In this document: one piece after another, positions 9,278-19,355 of the stretch | How positions within the stretch are numbered: the stretch's first letter is position 1 | How the letters are laid out: each line of letters opens with the position of its first letter | Source of the DNA: Rhodanobacter sp. | GTDB taxonomy: Bacteria; Pseudomonadota; Gammaproteobacteria; Xanthomonadales; Rhodanobacteraceae | Length of the DNA stretch: 64,000 bases | Reading direction: 5' to 3' | NCBI GenBank assembly: GCA_041690935.1 | Contig: JBEPVP010000002.1 | Location: forward strand, 5,718 to 69,717 | Notes under the pieces: generated by a model | The model's database searches: none | The model's input: the letters and a program-made list of their open reading frames with translations, nothing else | What the model was told of the DNA's origin: nothing | Translations under genes and position numbers: made by a program

Positions 9278-10950
9278 CAGTGGCTTTCCAGTCCGATGCG
9301 GTAGGCATAGGCGCGCACACCCGCCGGCTGCGCCGGCAAGTCGAGATGCAGGCCATCCGGCTGCTGCCTGAAGGCCACCGACTTGCCGGTCGCCAACAAT
9401 GTCACCGAGGTCACCTTTGTCGCCGAATCGAGCGAATGGATCAACGCGTGCCCCGTCGTCGGCCAGCCCAGCTCGATGGCGTACAGCTGGGCGCCCTTCG
9501 TGGTGAAGCGAAAATCCTCCGCGGTGTACGGCTTGGTCTTGGTGTCATCCATGGTGCCGGCGACCACTTGGGTCGGGCCTTCGCCGAAGCGCCGCCACGG
9601 CCGCGTGCCGTAGATCGCTTCGCCATTGGCGTGCATCCATGAGCCGATGGCCTGCAGGATATGCCGCGCCTGCGGCGGGATGGTGCCATCGGCCTTCGGC
9701 CCGATGTTCAGCAGCAGGTTGCCGTTCTTGCTGACCACGTCGGCCAGCAGCTGCACGATCTCATCGGGCGTCTTGTAGGTATCGCCTTCCACGTATCCCC
9801 ACGAGTCGGGGCTGACGGAGGTTTCGGTTTGCCAGGGTTGCGCGCGGATATCCGCCGCCTGCCCGCGCTCGATGTTCAACGTGCCAGTGCCGGGACGCAT
9901 GTCGTCGAGCTTGTAGTTGAGCACCACGCCCTGCCGACGCGCCGCGGCCTGGTTGTAATAGAACGCGGCGAACTCGGCCAGCGCACCGCGAAAACGCGGC
10001 TGGCCAATCCACCAGTCGAAATACATCAGGTCGGGGTGGTAGTCCTGCACGATTTCGGCCGAGCGCGCCAGCCAGTCGTCGAGGTACGCGTCGGATACAA
10101 AGGTCCAGTCGACATCCTGGCCGTCCTCTCCCTTGGCCGATTCCATCGGATGCGCCGGACCGTACAGCGCAGCGTAGCGCGGATCGTTGACGTCGGAATT
10201 GAAACGGCGGCCGTATTCGTAGAACCAGTCGTGCTCGGCCCGGTGCGATGACAGGCCAAGCTTCATGCCCTGCCCGCGGATCGCCTTGGCCAGTGCGCCG
10301 ATCACGTCGCGATGCGGGCCCATCTTCACCGCAGTCCAGTCCGACAGTTTCGAGTCGTACATGGCGAAGCCGTCGTGGTGCTCGGCGACCGGCACCACGT
10401 AACGCGCGCCGGCCTCGCGGAATAGTTTTGCCCACGCTTGCGGATCGAAATGCTCGGCCTTGAAGCGCGGGATCAGATCCTTGTAGCCGACCCGTGGCAT
10501 GGGGCCGTAGGTGGCCACCTGGTGCTGGTAATAGTTGGCGTTCTCGCCATCGCGTTCGTAGATGTGGCGCGGATACCACTCGCCCTTGTAGGCCGCCACC
10601 GAATACACGCCCCAGTGGATGAAGATGCCGAACTTGGCATCCCGATACCATTCGGGCGTGGTGTAGGCGGTCAGGCGCTGCCACTCCGGCTGCATCGGCC
10701 CCTGCCAGGCGACCTTGCGGGCCTGCGTGAGGATGGCCTTGCGTGTACTGTCGTACGGCCGGTTGGCCGTCACCCACTGCTGCTCGATCGTTGCCGCATC
10801 CGGCGGCGTCACCGAAGGCGGCGCACCGGCGGCGATGGCTGCCGTGCCACAGATGGCGGCAACCATGCCCAACCCCGTGCAGAACGATGGCAGGTGATCC
10901 CTCAGCCACCGCCTGCGATCATGTGTGTTTGCATGCTGCTCGTCGCGCAT
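9277..10950 (-). CDS. GH29 alpha-L-fucosidase
   Basis: WYRDAKFGIFIHWG, AEHHDGF, YFDWW nucleophile region, DVVSKNGNLLLNIGP, NGEAIYGTRPW. Confidence 0.93.
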   Translation of the reverse strand: MRDEQHANTHDRRRWLRDHLPSFCTGLGMVAAICGTAAIAAGAPPSVTPPDAATIEQQWVTANRPYDSTRKAILTQARKVAWQGPMQPEWQRLTAYTTPEWYRDAKFGIFIHWGVYSVAAYKGEWYPRHIYERDGENANYYQHQVATYGPMPRVGYKDLIPRFKAEHFDPQAWAKLFREAGARYVVPVAEHHDGFAMYDSKLSDWTAVKMGPHRDVIGALAKAIRGQGMKLGLSSHRAEHDWFYEYGRRFNSDVNDPRYAALYGPAHPMESAKGEDGQDVDWTFVSDAYLDDWLARSAEIVQDYHPDLMYFDWWIGQPRFRGALAEFAAFYYNQAAARRQGVVLNYKLDDMRPGTGTLNIERGQAADIRAQPWQTETSVSPDSWGYVEGDTYKTPDEIVQLLADVVSKNGNLLLNIGPKADGTIPPQARHILQAIGSWMHANGEAIYGTRPWRRFGEGPTQVVAGTMDDTKTKPYTAEDFRFTTKGAQLYAIELGWPTTGHALIHSLDSATKVTSVTLLATGKSVAFRQQPDGLHLDLPAQPAGVRAYAYRIGLESH

Positions 10951-10954
10951 GGGC

Positions 10955-11977
10955 TCAGCCCTCCCGGTTGCGAATGGAGCGATCCATCAGCCAGCTCGCC
11001 GCGCCGATGACACCCAGCTGGCCGTGATCCATCACGTGCACGGGAATGCTTTGCAGGAAGGGGCGCATGGCGCCCTTGTCGAGAAAGCGATGGACGAAAG
11101 CGCTTTTCCGCACGAACCCGATCATGCGTGCAAGAAATCCGCCGGCGAGGTAGATGCCGCCGGTCGCGCCGTACAGCATGGCCAGATCGCCGGCGTAGGA
11201 GCCGAGCCATCCGCAGAACAACTGCAACGTCTCCACGGCCAGCATATCCTCGCCGGTATTTGCCGCCGAGGTCAGGGCTTCCGGCTGGTCGAACACCGCC
11301 GGCTGCCGTTCCAGCCGACACAGCGCGTGATACAGGCGCAACAGGCCGGGGCCGGACAACACATGGTCGTACGGGACATGGGTGTCCGCCGGTGCCAGCT
11401 CGGCCAGCACCTGCTGCTCGCGCCCCACGCGCGCGGCCAGCTGGATATGACCCGCCTCGGTGGCCAGCACGACCGGCCGCGAACCGGGCAGACGCACCGC
11501 CACTCCCAGTCCCGTCCCCGGTCCGACGACCACGACAGGGCCTGACGTCAGACCCGAATGGGACGGCGGAACATGCAGCGGCATCACGCTGTCCGCACCC
11601 AGATAGGCCGTGGCGTACGCCAGCGCCTCGAAATCGTTCAGTACCTTGACTTCGTCCAGCGCCAGCATCTGCTCGAGTGTCGCCGGCACGATCGGCCACT
11701 GCAGATGGCTGCTGACCACCCGACCTTCATGCAGGAACCCCGCACAGGCGAGCGCGAACCGCTGCGGCTCCACCGCGTACTCATCGCAGAATGCCCGCAC
11801 GATGACATCCAGGCCCGCGTACTCGGCGCATTTGTAGACACGGTGGATCAGTACCGTCGGGGCAGCCTGATCCGGACCGAATGCAACCAGCCCAACGCGA
11901 GCGTGGGTTCCGCCGACATCGGCGGCAAGCCATGCATGCCGCTCATCGAAACATGGCACTGCCGCCGCAACGGGCAT
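10955..11977 (-). CDS. glk: glucokinase (Glk family; possibly GlcNAc/hexose kinase)
   Basis: AADVGGTHAR, LNDFEA, GPGTGLG, EAGH, LSGPGL, GGIYLAGG, RFLDKG. Start at 11977 (GAAGGAG RBS). Confidence 0.88.
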   Translation of the reverse strand: MPVAAAVPCFDERHAWLAADVGGTHARVGLVAFGPDQAAPTVLIHRVYKCAEYAGLDVIVRAFCDEYAVEPQRFALACAGFLHEGRVVSSHLQWPIVPATLEQMLALDEVKVLNDFEALAYATAYLGADSVMPLHVPPSHSGLTSGPVVVVGPGTGLGVAVRLPGSRPVVLATEAGHIQLAARVGREQQVLAELAPADTHVPYDHVLSGPGLLRLYHALCRLERQPAVFDQPEALTSAANTGEDMLAVETLQLFCGWLGSYAGDLAMLYGATGGIYLAGGFLARMIGFVRKSAFVHRFLDKGAMRPFLQSIPVHVMDHGQLGVIGAASWLMDRSIRNREG

Positions 11978-12205
11978 GGCTCCTTCACGATCGGCAGGCA
12001 AGGAACCGATACCCCGTATCGCGCAATGCATCTGGCCACCACCATTCATGTACCGCTCCACCCAGCACCCTGAATCGGCGGAGCTGTCGCCTCGTCAACC
12101 CACCGAGCGAACCCCGCATGTCCCATCCCGATCGTCGCGAGGTTGGCGTTGAGCTAGCCATCCAGCGCGACATCACCGTTGCATGGGTGAATTAGTACTT
12201 CATAT

Positions 12206-12219
12206 TTGGATCGAGGCAA
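12206..12219. promoter_or_regulatory. putative LacI-family operator (TTGGATCGAGGCAA)
   Basis: 12/14 match to TTGGATCGATCCAA in an AT-rich intergenic region upstream of glk. Confidence 0.5.
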
Positions 12220-12311
12220 GTTGCACTGCAGCAAAAGTGTCACGAAAACTTTGAGTCGTGCGCCCACCTGGAATTCCTGCCCAGGGCACGCGAGGTTTCC
12301 GTGCAGGCTGC

Positions 12312-14789
12312 TCAGGTGGCATGGGAAGAAATCGTCGCCGTGGCCGGCATGCCGAACGCAGGCGGTCGATCGGCCGGGGCTGCGCCGAATTGCCGGTTCG
12401 GCGTAGCGGACATGCGGAACTCCAGGGTGCCACCGGCGGCCAGTTCGGCATGGCTGATCCAGCTGCGCGTCCACGGCTTGCCGTTCCATTGCACCGATTC
12501 GATATAGGGCTGCCCCGGTCCGTTGCCGATCGTGTGGACAACCAGCTTCCGGTCACCGACAAGCGCGACTTCGGCGTGATCCAGCAGCGGACTGCCGAAT
12601 ACGTAATTGGCGCTGACCGGATCGACCGCGTACAAGCCCAGCGCGCTCAGCACGTACCACGCGCTCATCTGCCCGCAGTCCTCGTTGCCGGCCAGCCCGT
12701 CGGGATCCGGTGGATACATGGTGTCCAGCAACATGCGCACGCGCGCCTGCGTCTTGTGGTGCGCGCCGGTGTACGCGTAAAGATAGGCCACGTGATGGCT
12801 CGGCTCGTTGCCGTGCGCATACTGGCCCACCATGCCGGCGATATCCGGCGGCGCATCGGCCGGCAGTGCGGAACTGGTGGTGAACAGTTCGTCCAGCTTG
12901 CGCTCGAACGCCTGCTCGCTGCCGAACAGCTGCATGTAGGCATACAAGTCGTGCTGGTTGAGGAAGGTGGCCTCCCACGCGTTCGACTCGGTGAAGTCGC
13001 GCCACTTGTCCGAGTGCCCCATGCCACGCGGATTGAACGGTTCCAGCCACGAACCGTCGCTGCCGCGCGGGCGCGTGAAGGCGAGCTTGCGGTCGAACAC
13101 GTTGCGATAGTTGCGTGAGCGCTCGCGCAATTTTTTCGCGTCGTCGCCGGCGCCGGCGGCGTCGGCCAGATGCGCCACGGCCCAGTCGTCGTAGGCGTAT
13201 TCCAGCGTCTTGCTGACCGCCTCGCCCTCCTTGTCGCTGGGGATGTAGCCCAGCTTGCGGTAGTACGGCAGGCCGCGGTAGTCGTCGTCCATGGCGCGCT
13301 TTCGATAGATCGGCCACGCCTTCGCGTAGTCGATGCCGGTGAAGCCCTTGGCCTGCGCCTCGGCGATCACCACGGCGGAGTGGTAGCCGATCATGGTGCC
13401 GGTCTCCACGCCCTGCAGCGGCCACACCGGCGGCCCGTCGGGACTTTCCGCGGCCATGCGCACCAGGCCGTTGACCATATCCGGCACGCGCTCGGGCTGG
13501 TACAGCGTGTACAGCGGATGCAGCGCGCGATAGGTGTCCCACAGCGAATAGGTGCTGTAGTTGTGCTGGCCCTGTGGCAGCTGGTGCACCGCCAGATCCA
13601 TGCCGCGATAGCGGCCATCCACATCGCTGAACAGCGTGGGCGCCAGCATGGTGTGGTAGAGCGCGCTGTAGAACGTGCGCAGGATCGGCCTAGACGGCGA
13701 CTCGATGCGGATGCGCGAAAGTTCGCGCTCCCACGTGTCGGCGGCGGTCTGCTGCACGCGCTCGAAATCCCAGCCGGGCAGCTCCGCGTCGAGGTTGCGC
13801 AGCGCACCGTCGATGTCGACCGCCGAAATGCCCACCTTGACCAGCAGCGGCGCGTGCGCTGCGTCGTCGAGATGCAGCGCGGCCTTCAGATGCGTGCCCC
13901 TGGCCTCGGACGTGCCATCCGGCAGCGGCTGGTCCTCGCTGTACAACGTGGCACGCGCGAATGGCCGCGACAGCTTCATCGCGAAATAGAGGTGCCGCCC
14001 GTCCGCCCACTGATGCACGCGGCGGCCGCCGACGAGGGTGTCGTTGCCGATCAGGCGAAGCTGCGCGTCGCTGACCTTGCACGGCACCTTGGCGTCGTCG
14101 TGAAAGCCGTGCGCGAAATCGACCAGCAGGTGCGCGTGACCACCTTTGCCAAAGCCGCCCTTGTCAAAGGTGTAGCGATGCAGGCCCGCGCGCAGCGTGG
14201 CCGTGAGCTCGGCGAGGATGTCGTGATCGGTGAGGCGCACGCGGTAATAGCCGGGCACACCATGCTCCGAGGCGCGGTCGTAGCGTGAACGATAGCCCTT
14301 GCCCGGATGCGCCACGCTGTCCGGTGACAGCAGCGGCCCATGCGCGGCGCCATCGAAGCGCGAGCGATAATTCTCGTCCGGCAGGCCACGTGCACCCGGC
14401 TGCAGCAGCACCGGCCCCTGCGCCGGCATCACCAGCACGTCGAGCATGTCGCTGGCGCCGGTGCCGCTGAGATGCGTGTGCGAGAAACCCATGATCGAGC
14501 CGTCGCCCTGGTGATAACCCGAGCTGGCATCCCAGCCTGCATCGTTGGTGTCGGGGCTGAGCTGGACCATGCCCCACGGCAGCGAAGCACCGGGATAGAG
14601 GTGGCCATGGCCGCCCGTGCCGATGAATACATCGACATGCCGCGAGACGCCGGTGGCCGGCGCCGACGCATGGCCGGCGCCCGGATGTTTGTCCGCGACA
14701 CGCGGAGCGACGAAGGCGGCAGCGGGATCAAGGCGACCAAGCAGGCCCAGGGCCGCTGCGCCTTGCAGGAATTGTCGACGGGTCACCAT
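12312..14789 (-). CDS. GH92 alpha-mannosidase, Tat-exported
   Basis: Twin-arginine TRRQFL signal; IGTGGHGH, QLSPDT, FTESNAWE, HGNEPSHH, GNEDCGQMSAWY. Start at 14789 (GGAGAG RBS). Confidence 0.93.
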   Translation of the reverse strand: MVTRRQFLQGAAALGLLGRLDPAAAFVAPRVADKHPGAGHASAPATGVSRHVDVFIGTGGHGHLYPGASLPWGMVQLSPDTNDAGWDASSGYHQGDGSIMGFSHTHLSGTGASDMLDVLVMPAQGPVLLQPGARGLPDENYRSRFDGAAHGPLLSPDSVAHPGKGYRSRYDRASEHGVPGYYRVRLTDHDILAELTATLRAGLHRYTFDKGGFGKGGHAHLLVDFAHGFHDDAKVPCKVSDAQLRLIGNDTLVGGRRVHQWADGRHLYFAMKLSRPFARATLYSEDQPLPDGTSEARGTHLKAALHLDDAAHAPLLVKVGISAVDIDGALRNLDAELPGWDFERVQQTAADTWERELSRIRIESPSRPILRTFYSALYHTMLAPTLFSDVDGRYRGMDLAVHQLPQGQHNYSTYSLWDTYRALHPLYTLYQPERVPDMVNGLVRMAAESPDGPPVWPLQGVETGTMIGYHSAVVIAEAQAKGFTGIDYAKAWPIYRKRAMDDDYRGLPYYRKLGYIPSDKEGEAVSKTLEYAYDDWAVAHLADAAGAGDDAKKLRERSRNYRNVFDRKLAFTRPRGSDGSWLEPFNPRGMGHSDKWRDFTESNAWEATFLNQHDLYAYMQLFGSEQAFERKLDELFTTSSALPADAPPDIAGMVGQYAHGNEPSHHVAYLYAYTGAHHKTQARVRMLLDTMYPPDPDGLAGNEDCGQMSAWYVLSALGLYAVDPVSANYVFGSPLLDHAEVALVGDRKLVVHTIGNGPGQPYIESVQWNGKPWTRSWISHAELAAGGTLEFRMSATPNRQFGAAPADRPPAFGMPATATISSHAT

Positions 14790-14838
14790 GCCATCTCTCC
14801 AGTTAATCAATCATGTGCCGCGTGGAATCACGACGCGC

Positions 14839-16326
14839 TCAGGCACGCCGCAGCAGCTGGGGTTGTCGTGCGGCCAGATCGACGATCAGCTCGCCGAACA
14901 GGCTGTTGGCCCAGGCGAACCAGGGTCGGGTGTAGTGCGTCGGGTCATCCTGGTCGAAAGCCTCATGCATGAAGCCGCTGCCCGCATCGGTATCGCGCAA
15001 CCATCTCAGGCATTGCCGGATCTGCGCGGGATCGTCGCTGCTTTGGGCATACAGCATGATCGACATCGGCCAGATCATGCGCAGCCCCTCGTGCGGGCCG
15101 CCAATACCTTCCGCCGCACGGCCCTTGAAGAAATACGGATTGCGCGCACTCCACGCCAGCTCACGCGTGCGGCGATACAGCGAATCGTTGCGATTGCAGC
15201 AACCGAGATACGGCAGGCTGAGCAGGCTCGGCGCATTCGCATCGTCCATGAACAGCTGGTTGCCGAAACCGTCGATCTCGTACGCCCAAAAATCGTGGCC
15301 GTCATCGTGGCCGTCGTCGCGGCCATCGCCATCGTGCATGCGCCCGTCGCGATGTACCGCCTGCTCCACTTCATCGGCGAGTGCTTCGCAATCGGCGGCG
15401 AAAACAAGATCCTGGTGGATGGCGCGACTCATCTGCGCCAGCTGGCGCAGGCTGACCACCGCAAACAGGTTGGCAGGCACGAACAGCGGATACAGACAGG
15501 CATCGTCGGAAGGACGAAACATTGAATGGATCATGCCGTTCGGCCGCGTCGGGTTGCCGTAACCACCGAGGAACTGGCTCTCGGTCGGCACTTCTGATTC
15601 GCGCTGGAAGTGATAAGGCCCGCGCTCATGTTTGCGCTGCTGTGTGCGAAAGGTCTTGAGCACCAGGTGCATGGCCGCGCGCCAGTCGTCGTCGAAAGGC
15701 TCCGTGTCCGCCGTGGCCTGCCAGTAGCCATGCGCCATCCGGATCGGATAGCAGAGCGAGTCGATCTCCCATTTGCGTTCGCCGACGCCGGGCTTCATGT
15801 CGGTGCTGTCGTGGCGTGCCCAAATCAACGGCGCTGCATGCGGATCGGGCATGAACGCGTTCGCGTACGGATCGATGCGGATGCAGCGCGCCTGGCGCCG
15901 GATCAATCCGCGAAACAACCGACGCAGCGCGGGATCGCCCTGAGCCAGTGGAATGTACGGAACCACCTGTGCGGAGGAATCGCGCAGCCACATGGCATCG
16001 ATGTCGCCGGTGATCACGAAGGTGTCTGGCTTGCCATCAAGCGTGCCGAGCTCGACGGTCGTATCCAGCGTGTTCGGGTAGCAGTTCTCGAACATCCACG
16101 CCAGCTTGGGGTCGTCGATGGCGGACTTCACGCGGGCAAGCTGGCGCTCGACCGCGTCGCTGGCAAACTTGCGCTTGCCTGGCGCAGGGCGCTTGCTGAC
16201 GTAGGTCGACCTGACGTAAATCGACGATGGCCGCGCCTGCGCCAGAGTGGGCAGCACCCCGGCAACGGCGCCTGAGGCGACGACGCCCAGCCATTTCAGG
16301 AAATCACGACGCGTCGGAGTGGGCAT
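14839..16326 (-). CDS. GH125 exo-alpha-1,6-mannosidase, Tat-exported
   Basis: TRRDFL signal; FENCYPNTLDTT, ITGDIDAMWLRDS, ERKWEIDSL, FRPSDD, MDDANAPSLL, FAWANSLFGE. Confidence 0.93.
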   Translation of the reverse strand: MPTPTRRDFLKWLGVVASGAVAGVLPTLAQARPSSIYVRSTYVSKRPAPGKRKFASDAVERQLARVKSAIDDPKLAWMFENCYPNTLDTTVELGTLDGKPDTFVITGDIDAMWLRDSSAQVVPYIPLAQGDPALRRLFRGLIRRQARCIRIDPYANAFMPDPHAAPLIWARHDSTDMKPGVGERKWEIDSLCYPIRMAHGYWQATADTEPFDDDWRAAMHLVLKTFRTQQRKHERGPYHFQRESEVPTESQFLGGYGNPTRPNGMIHSMFRPSDDACLYPLFVPANLFAVVSLRQLAQMSRAIHQDLVFAADCEALADEVEQAVHRDGRMHDGDGRDDGHDDGHDFWAYEIDGFGNQLFMDDANAPSLLSLPYLGCCNRNDSLYRRTRELAWSARNPYFFKGRAAEGIGGPHEGLRMIWPMSIMLYAQSSDDPAQIRQCLRWLRDTDAGSGFMHEAFDQDDPTHYTRPWFAWANSLFGELIVDLAARQPQLLRRA

Positions 16327-19061
16327 CAGCGAGGCATTCCCGCCATGACACCGGCCAGGTTCTGTACCTGCAACGCAGATTGCAGCCGGTCCAGTGCAAC
16401 CCGGCTCTTGACGCTCAGCGTCACGCTCTGTCCGGGCAGGATATCGAAGGCGTTGTCGGAAACCTCGGCGTCGAGATCGCCGAAGGACACCCAGACATCG
16501 CGGGCGAGCTTGCCGGCCGTGAGGGTCAGCGTGTAGCCATCCGGACCTGCTTCAAAGCGCGACCGGATCTGTGGCGTAGGAAGCTGAAGATTCCTGGCAT
16601 CGTCGAAGAACGCCAGATTGCGCGACACCGCTTTGTCGCCATCGAACAGTTCGAAGACGGCGAAGCTCGTGCGCGGGTCGGCACCGTCGAGCAGTTGGGC
16701 ATCGGTGTAGCTGGCAACCGCGCTGCTGGCCAGCGGCGTCAGCGTGATGTCTGCCGCATGTTCGCGAAGCACCTTGCCGGAGAAGTCCATCACGCGCATG
16801 CGCCAGTGCGCCGCAAGCGGCGTGGTGCGATCGGACACCAGCGACACGCTGGTGATGCCGTGGTTGCGCAAGGCCGCCACCATCAGTGGTGCGTAGAAGC
16901 GGCGCGCATGGAACTGCAACGCCTTCCAGCGGCCGTAGTAGTCGATGCTCGACCACGACGCACCGGGCCAGACGTCGTTGAGCTGCCAGTACAGCGAGCC
17001 CATCGATTGCGGCCTGGAGGCGCGCAGATGCTCCGCCGCCAGCTGGATGCCATCAGCCTGCATCACCTGGCTGAGGTAGACAAAAGACGAAAAATCCCTG
17101 GGTGCGCCATAACTGCGCGAGATGTAAAGCAGCAGGCGTTTGTTGCCGTTGCCGCTGTCGTATTTCTGGTGTGCGCGCATCACCGGCGATTCCGGCTGCA
17201 GGTCGCCCTGGTCGGCAAACGCCCGGATCGTGCGCATCACCGGAAATGACTGCAGACCGTATTCGGACTGGAAACGCGGCGTGATGTTGAGGTACTCGGT
17301 GACCGGTTTGGCTGCACCCGACCACACGTCCCAGTAATGGTAATCACCGTCATCAAGCACGTTGGCGGGGCCGTCGTAGTCGGTGCTCGGGGAACTCGCC
17401 CAGTACGGTATATCGCTGTCGTAACGGGTGACCACGTCGCGCAGCACATTGCCGAACAGGTTGACCATGCCGATGACGAGACGCTCGCGTTCGTCCGGCG
17501 TAATCGTCTGCTTGAACGCCTCGCGGTCCGACCAGGATTCCCAGCCGGTCTGCACCTCGTTGTTGCCACACCACAGCACGATGCCGGGATGGTCGCGCAG
17601 TCGCTTGACCTGCTCGATCGCTTCCTGCCGTGTGTTCCCGGTAAAGGCCACGTCGTGCGGCGGAATCGCACCGCCGAACATGAAGTCCTGCCAGATCATG
17701 ATGCCAAGGCGATCGGCCATCTCGTAGAAACGGTCCGACTCGTAATAGCCGCCGCCCCACATGCGCAGCATGTTCATGTTGGCGTCGCGCGCGGACTCCA
17801 GCACATGGCGCATCTGCGCATCGCTGACACGCGTCGGGAAGCTATCGAACGGAATCAGGCTGGCCCCCTTGGCGAACACCGGGATGCCGTTGATCACGAA
17901 TTCGAAGCTCCTGCCCCACTGGTCCTGCTGCCGGCGCAGTTCGACGGTGCGCAGGCCGGTGGCGTGCCGGGCGCTGTACTGCTCGCCGTCGGCGTCGCGG
18001 ATGCTGGCCCTGAAGGTATACATGTCCTGCGCGCCGTAGCCGGCCGGATACCACAACTTCGGATCGACGATGCGCAGCGGCACGCTGACCGGGTTGCTGC
18101 CTGGATCGACCGTGACATCGCGCTCGACGTGCGCGACCGGCTTGCCGTCGGGCCCGCTCATCTCGACGCCGACGTGCAGCGACTGGCTGACATCGGCCTC
18201 GATCTCGAACTGCGCGTCGACATGCGCGGCGGTGCTGCTGATGTGTGTCTGCGCAATGTGGAAATCGGCGACGCGCAGTGCATCCCAGCTGTCCAGATGC
18301 ACGTCCTGCCAGATGCCCTCGGTAACGATGCGCGGGCCCCAGTCCCAACCGTACTGATAGTTGGCCTTGCGCAGGTAATTGGCCGTCTGCTTGCCCTTGG
18401 GTTCGTCGCCGAAAGTCGAATCGAACTCGCCCGGCAACGCATAGGGTTGCTTGAGCAGCCACGGCTGCAGGCGTTTGATCGGCGAATACAGCCGCACTTC
18501 CAGCGTGTTCGCACCTTCGTGAAGCCGTGATTTCACCGGTACCCGCCAGCGGCGAAACATGTTGTCGGCGGCGATCAGCTTGCTACCGTTGAGGTAGACG
18601 TCCGCAAAGGTATCCAGGCCCTCCAGCACCAGCTCGATGTGCTTGCGTGCCAGCGTGGCGCGATCCACGTTGAATACCATCCGATACTGCCAGTCGGACA
18701 GGCCCACCCACTGAATCTGCGTTTCATTGTCGCGATGGGACGGGTCAGCGACCAGGCTGGCCGCCAGCAGGTCCGTCTGCACCGTGCCGGGCACGGCGGC
18801 AGGTTGCCAGCGAGCGACCTGCGGGTGAGCCGCAGCATGGCTGTCGCCCGGAGCGAGTCGGAACTGCCAGCCGCTGTCCAGCATCTGAGTGGTCATGGAT
18901 GCCGCCATGCCATGCACCGGCAGCATCAGCGTCAACAGAACCATGATTGCCTGGATCAGGCGTCGCTCCATGCGCCATCCATGCGTGCCTGCTCCATGTA
19001 TGCGTAATCTCACAGGGTTGCCCGAAGCGATCATGTGGATACCTGTATGCAACGGCAGCAT
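16326..19061 (-). CDS. GH2 beta-mannosidase
   Basis: EGLDTFA, YGWDWGPR, NMNMLRMWGGG, IWQDFMF, WCGNNE (acid/base), SEYGLQS (nucleophile), YWQLNDVWP. True start may be 18971. Confidence 0.92.
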   Translation of the reverse strand: MLPLHTGIHMIASGNPVRLRIHGAGTHGWRMERRLIQAIMVLLTLMLPVHGMAASMTTQMLDSGWQFRLAPGDSHAAAHPQVARWQPAAVPGTVQTDLLAASLVADPSHRDNETQIQWVGLSDWQYRMVFNVDRATLARKHIELVLEGLDTFADVYLNGSKLIAADNMFRRWRVPVKSRLHEGANTLEVRLYSPIKRLQPWLLKQPYALPGEFDSTFGDEPKGKQTANYLRKANYQYGWDWGPRIVTEGIWQDVHLDSWDALRVADFHIAQTHISSTAAHVDAQFEIEADVSQSLHVGVEMSGPDGKPVAHVERDVTVDPGSNPVSVPLRIVDPKLWYPAGYGAQDMYTFRASIRDADGEQYSARHATGLRTVELRRQQDQWGRSFEFVINGIPVFAKGASLIPFDSFPTRVSDAQMRHVLESARDANMNMLRMWGGGYYESDRFYEMADRLGIMIWQDFMFGGAIPPHDVAFTGNTRQEAIEQVKRLRDHPGIVLWCGNNEVQTGWESWSDREAFKQTITPDERERLVIGMVNLFGNVLRDVVTRYDSDIPYWASSPSTDYDGPANVLDDGDYHYWDVWSGAAKPVTEYLNITPRFQSEYGLQSFPVMRTIRAFADQGDLQPESPVMRAHQKYDSGNGNKRLLLYISRSYGAPRDFSSFVYLSQVMQADGIQLAAEHLRASRPQSMGSLYWQLNDVWPGASWSSIDYYGRWKALQFHARRFYAPLMVAALRNHGITSVSLVSDRTTPLAAHWRMRVMDFSGKVLREHAADITLTPLASSAVASYTDAQLLDGADPRTSFAVFELFDGDKAVSRNLAFFDDARNLQLPTPQIRSRFEAGPDGYTLTLTAGKLARDVWVSFGDLDAEVSDNAFDILPGQSVTLSVKSRVALDRLQSALQVQNLAGVMAGMPR

Positions 19062-19231
19062 CGATGGTGGCGCAGCAGCAAGTCGGTTGCGGCATCCGTG
19101 CGTGCAACAGCACCGGCCCCCTCACCCAGGGTAGTGATCATGTGTCGTGGTCCGTCCCTGCCATCGGCACCCCGTCACCTCACGCACCCAGCCGCTTGTG
19201 TGAACAATGCAGGGCGCTGCCCGCCCCGAAT

Positions 19232-19245
19232 TTAGATCGATCTAT
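19232..19245. promoter_or_regulatory. putative LacI operator (perfect 12-bp palindrome TAGATCGATCTA)
   Basis: Perfect palindrome 19233-19244 with central CG, in the divergent GH2/LacI intergenic region. Confidence 0.7.
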
Positions 19246-19324
19246 TCCTGTACGGTAGCATTCGCCTCGCGACGGATGCATGTCGCGCTGCAATATGTCG
19301 TTGCACTCCCGATTTCGGTTACAT

Positions 19325-19338
19325 TTGGATCGTTCCAA
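19325..19338. promoter_or_regulatory. putative LacI operator (TTGGATCGTTCCAA), autoregulatory
   Basis: Near-perfect palindrome ending 17 bp upstream of the LacI start codon. Confidence 0.7.
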
Positions 19339-19355
19339 TCAGCGGATAGTCGGCT

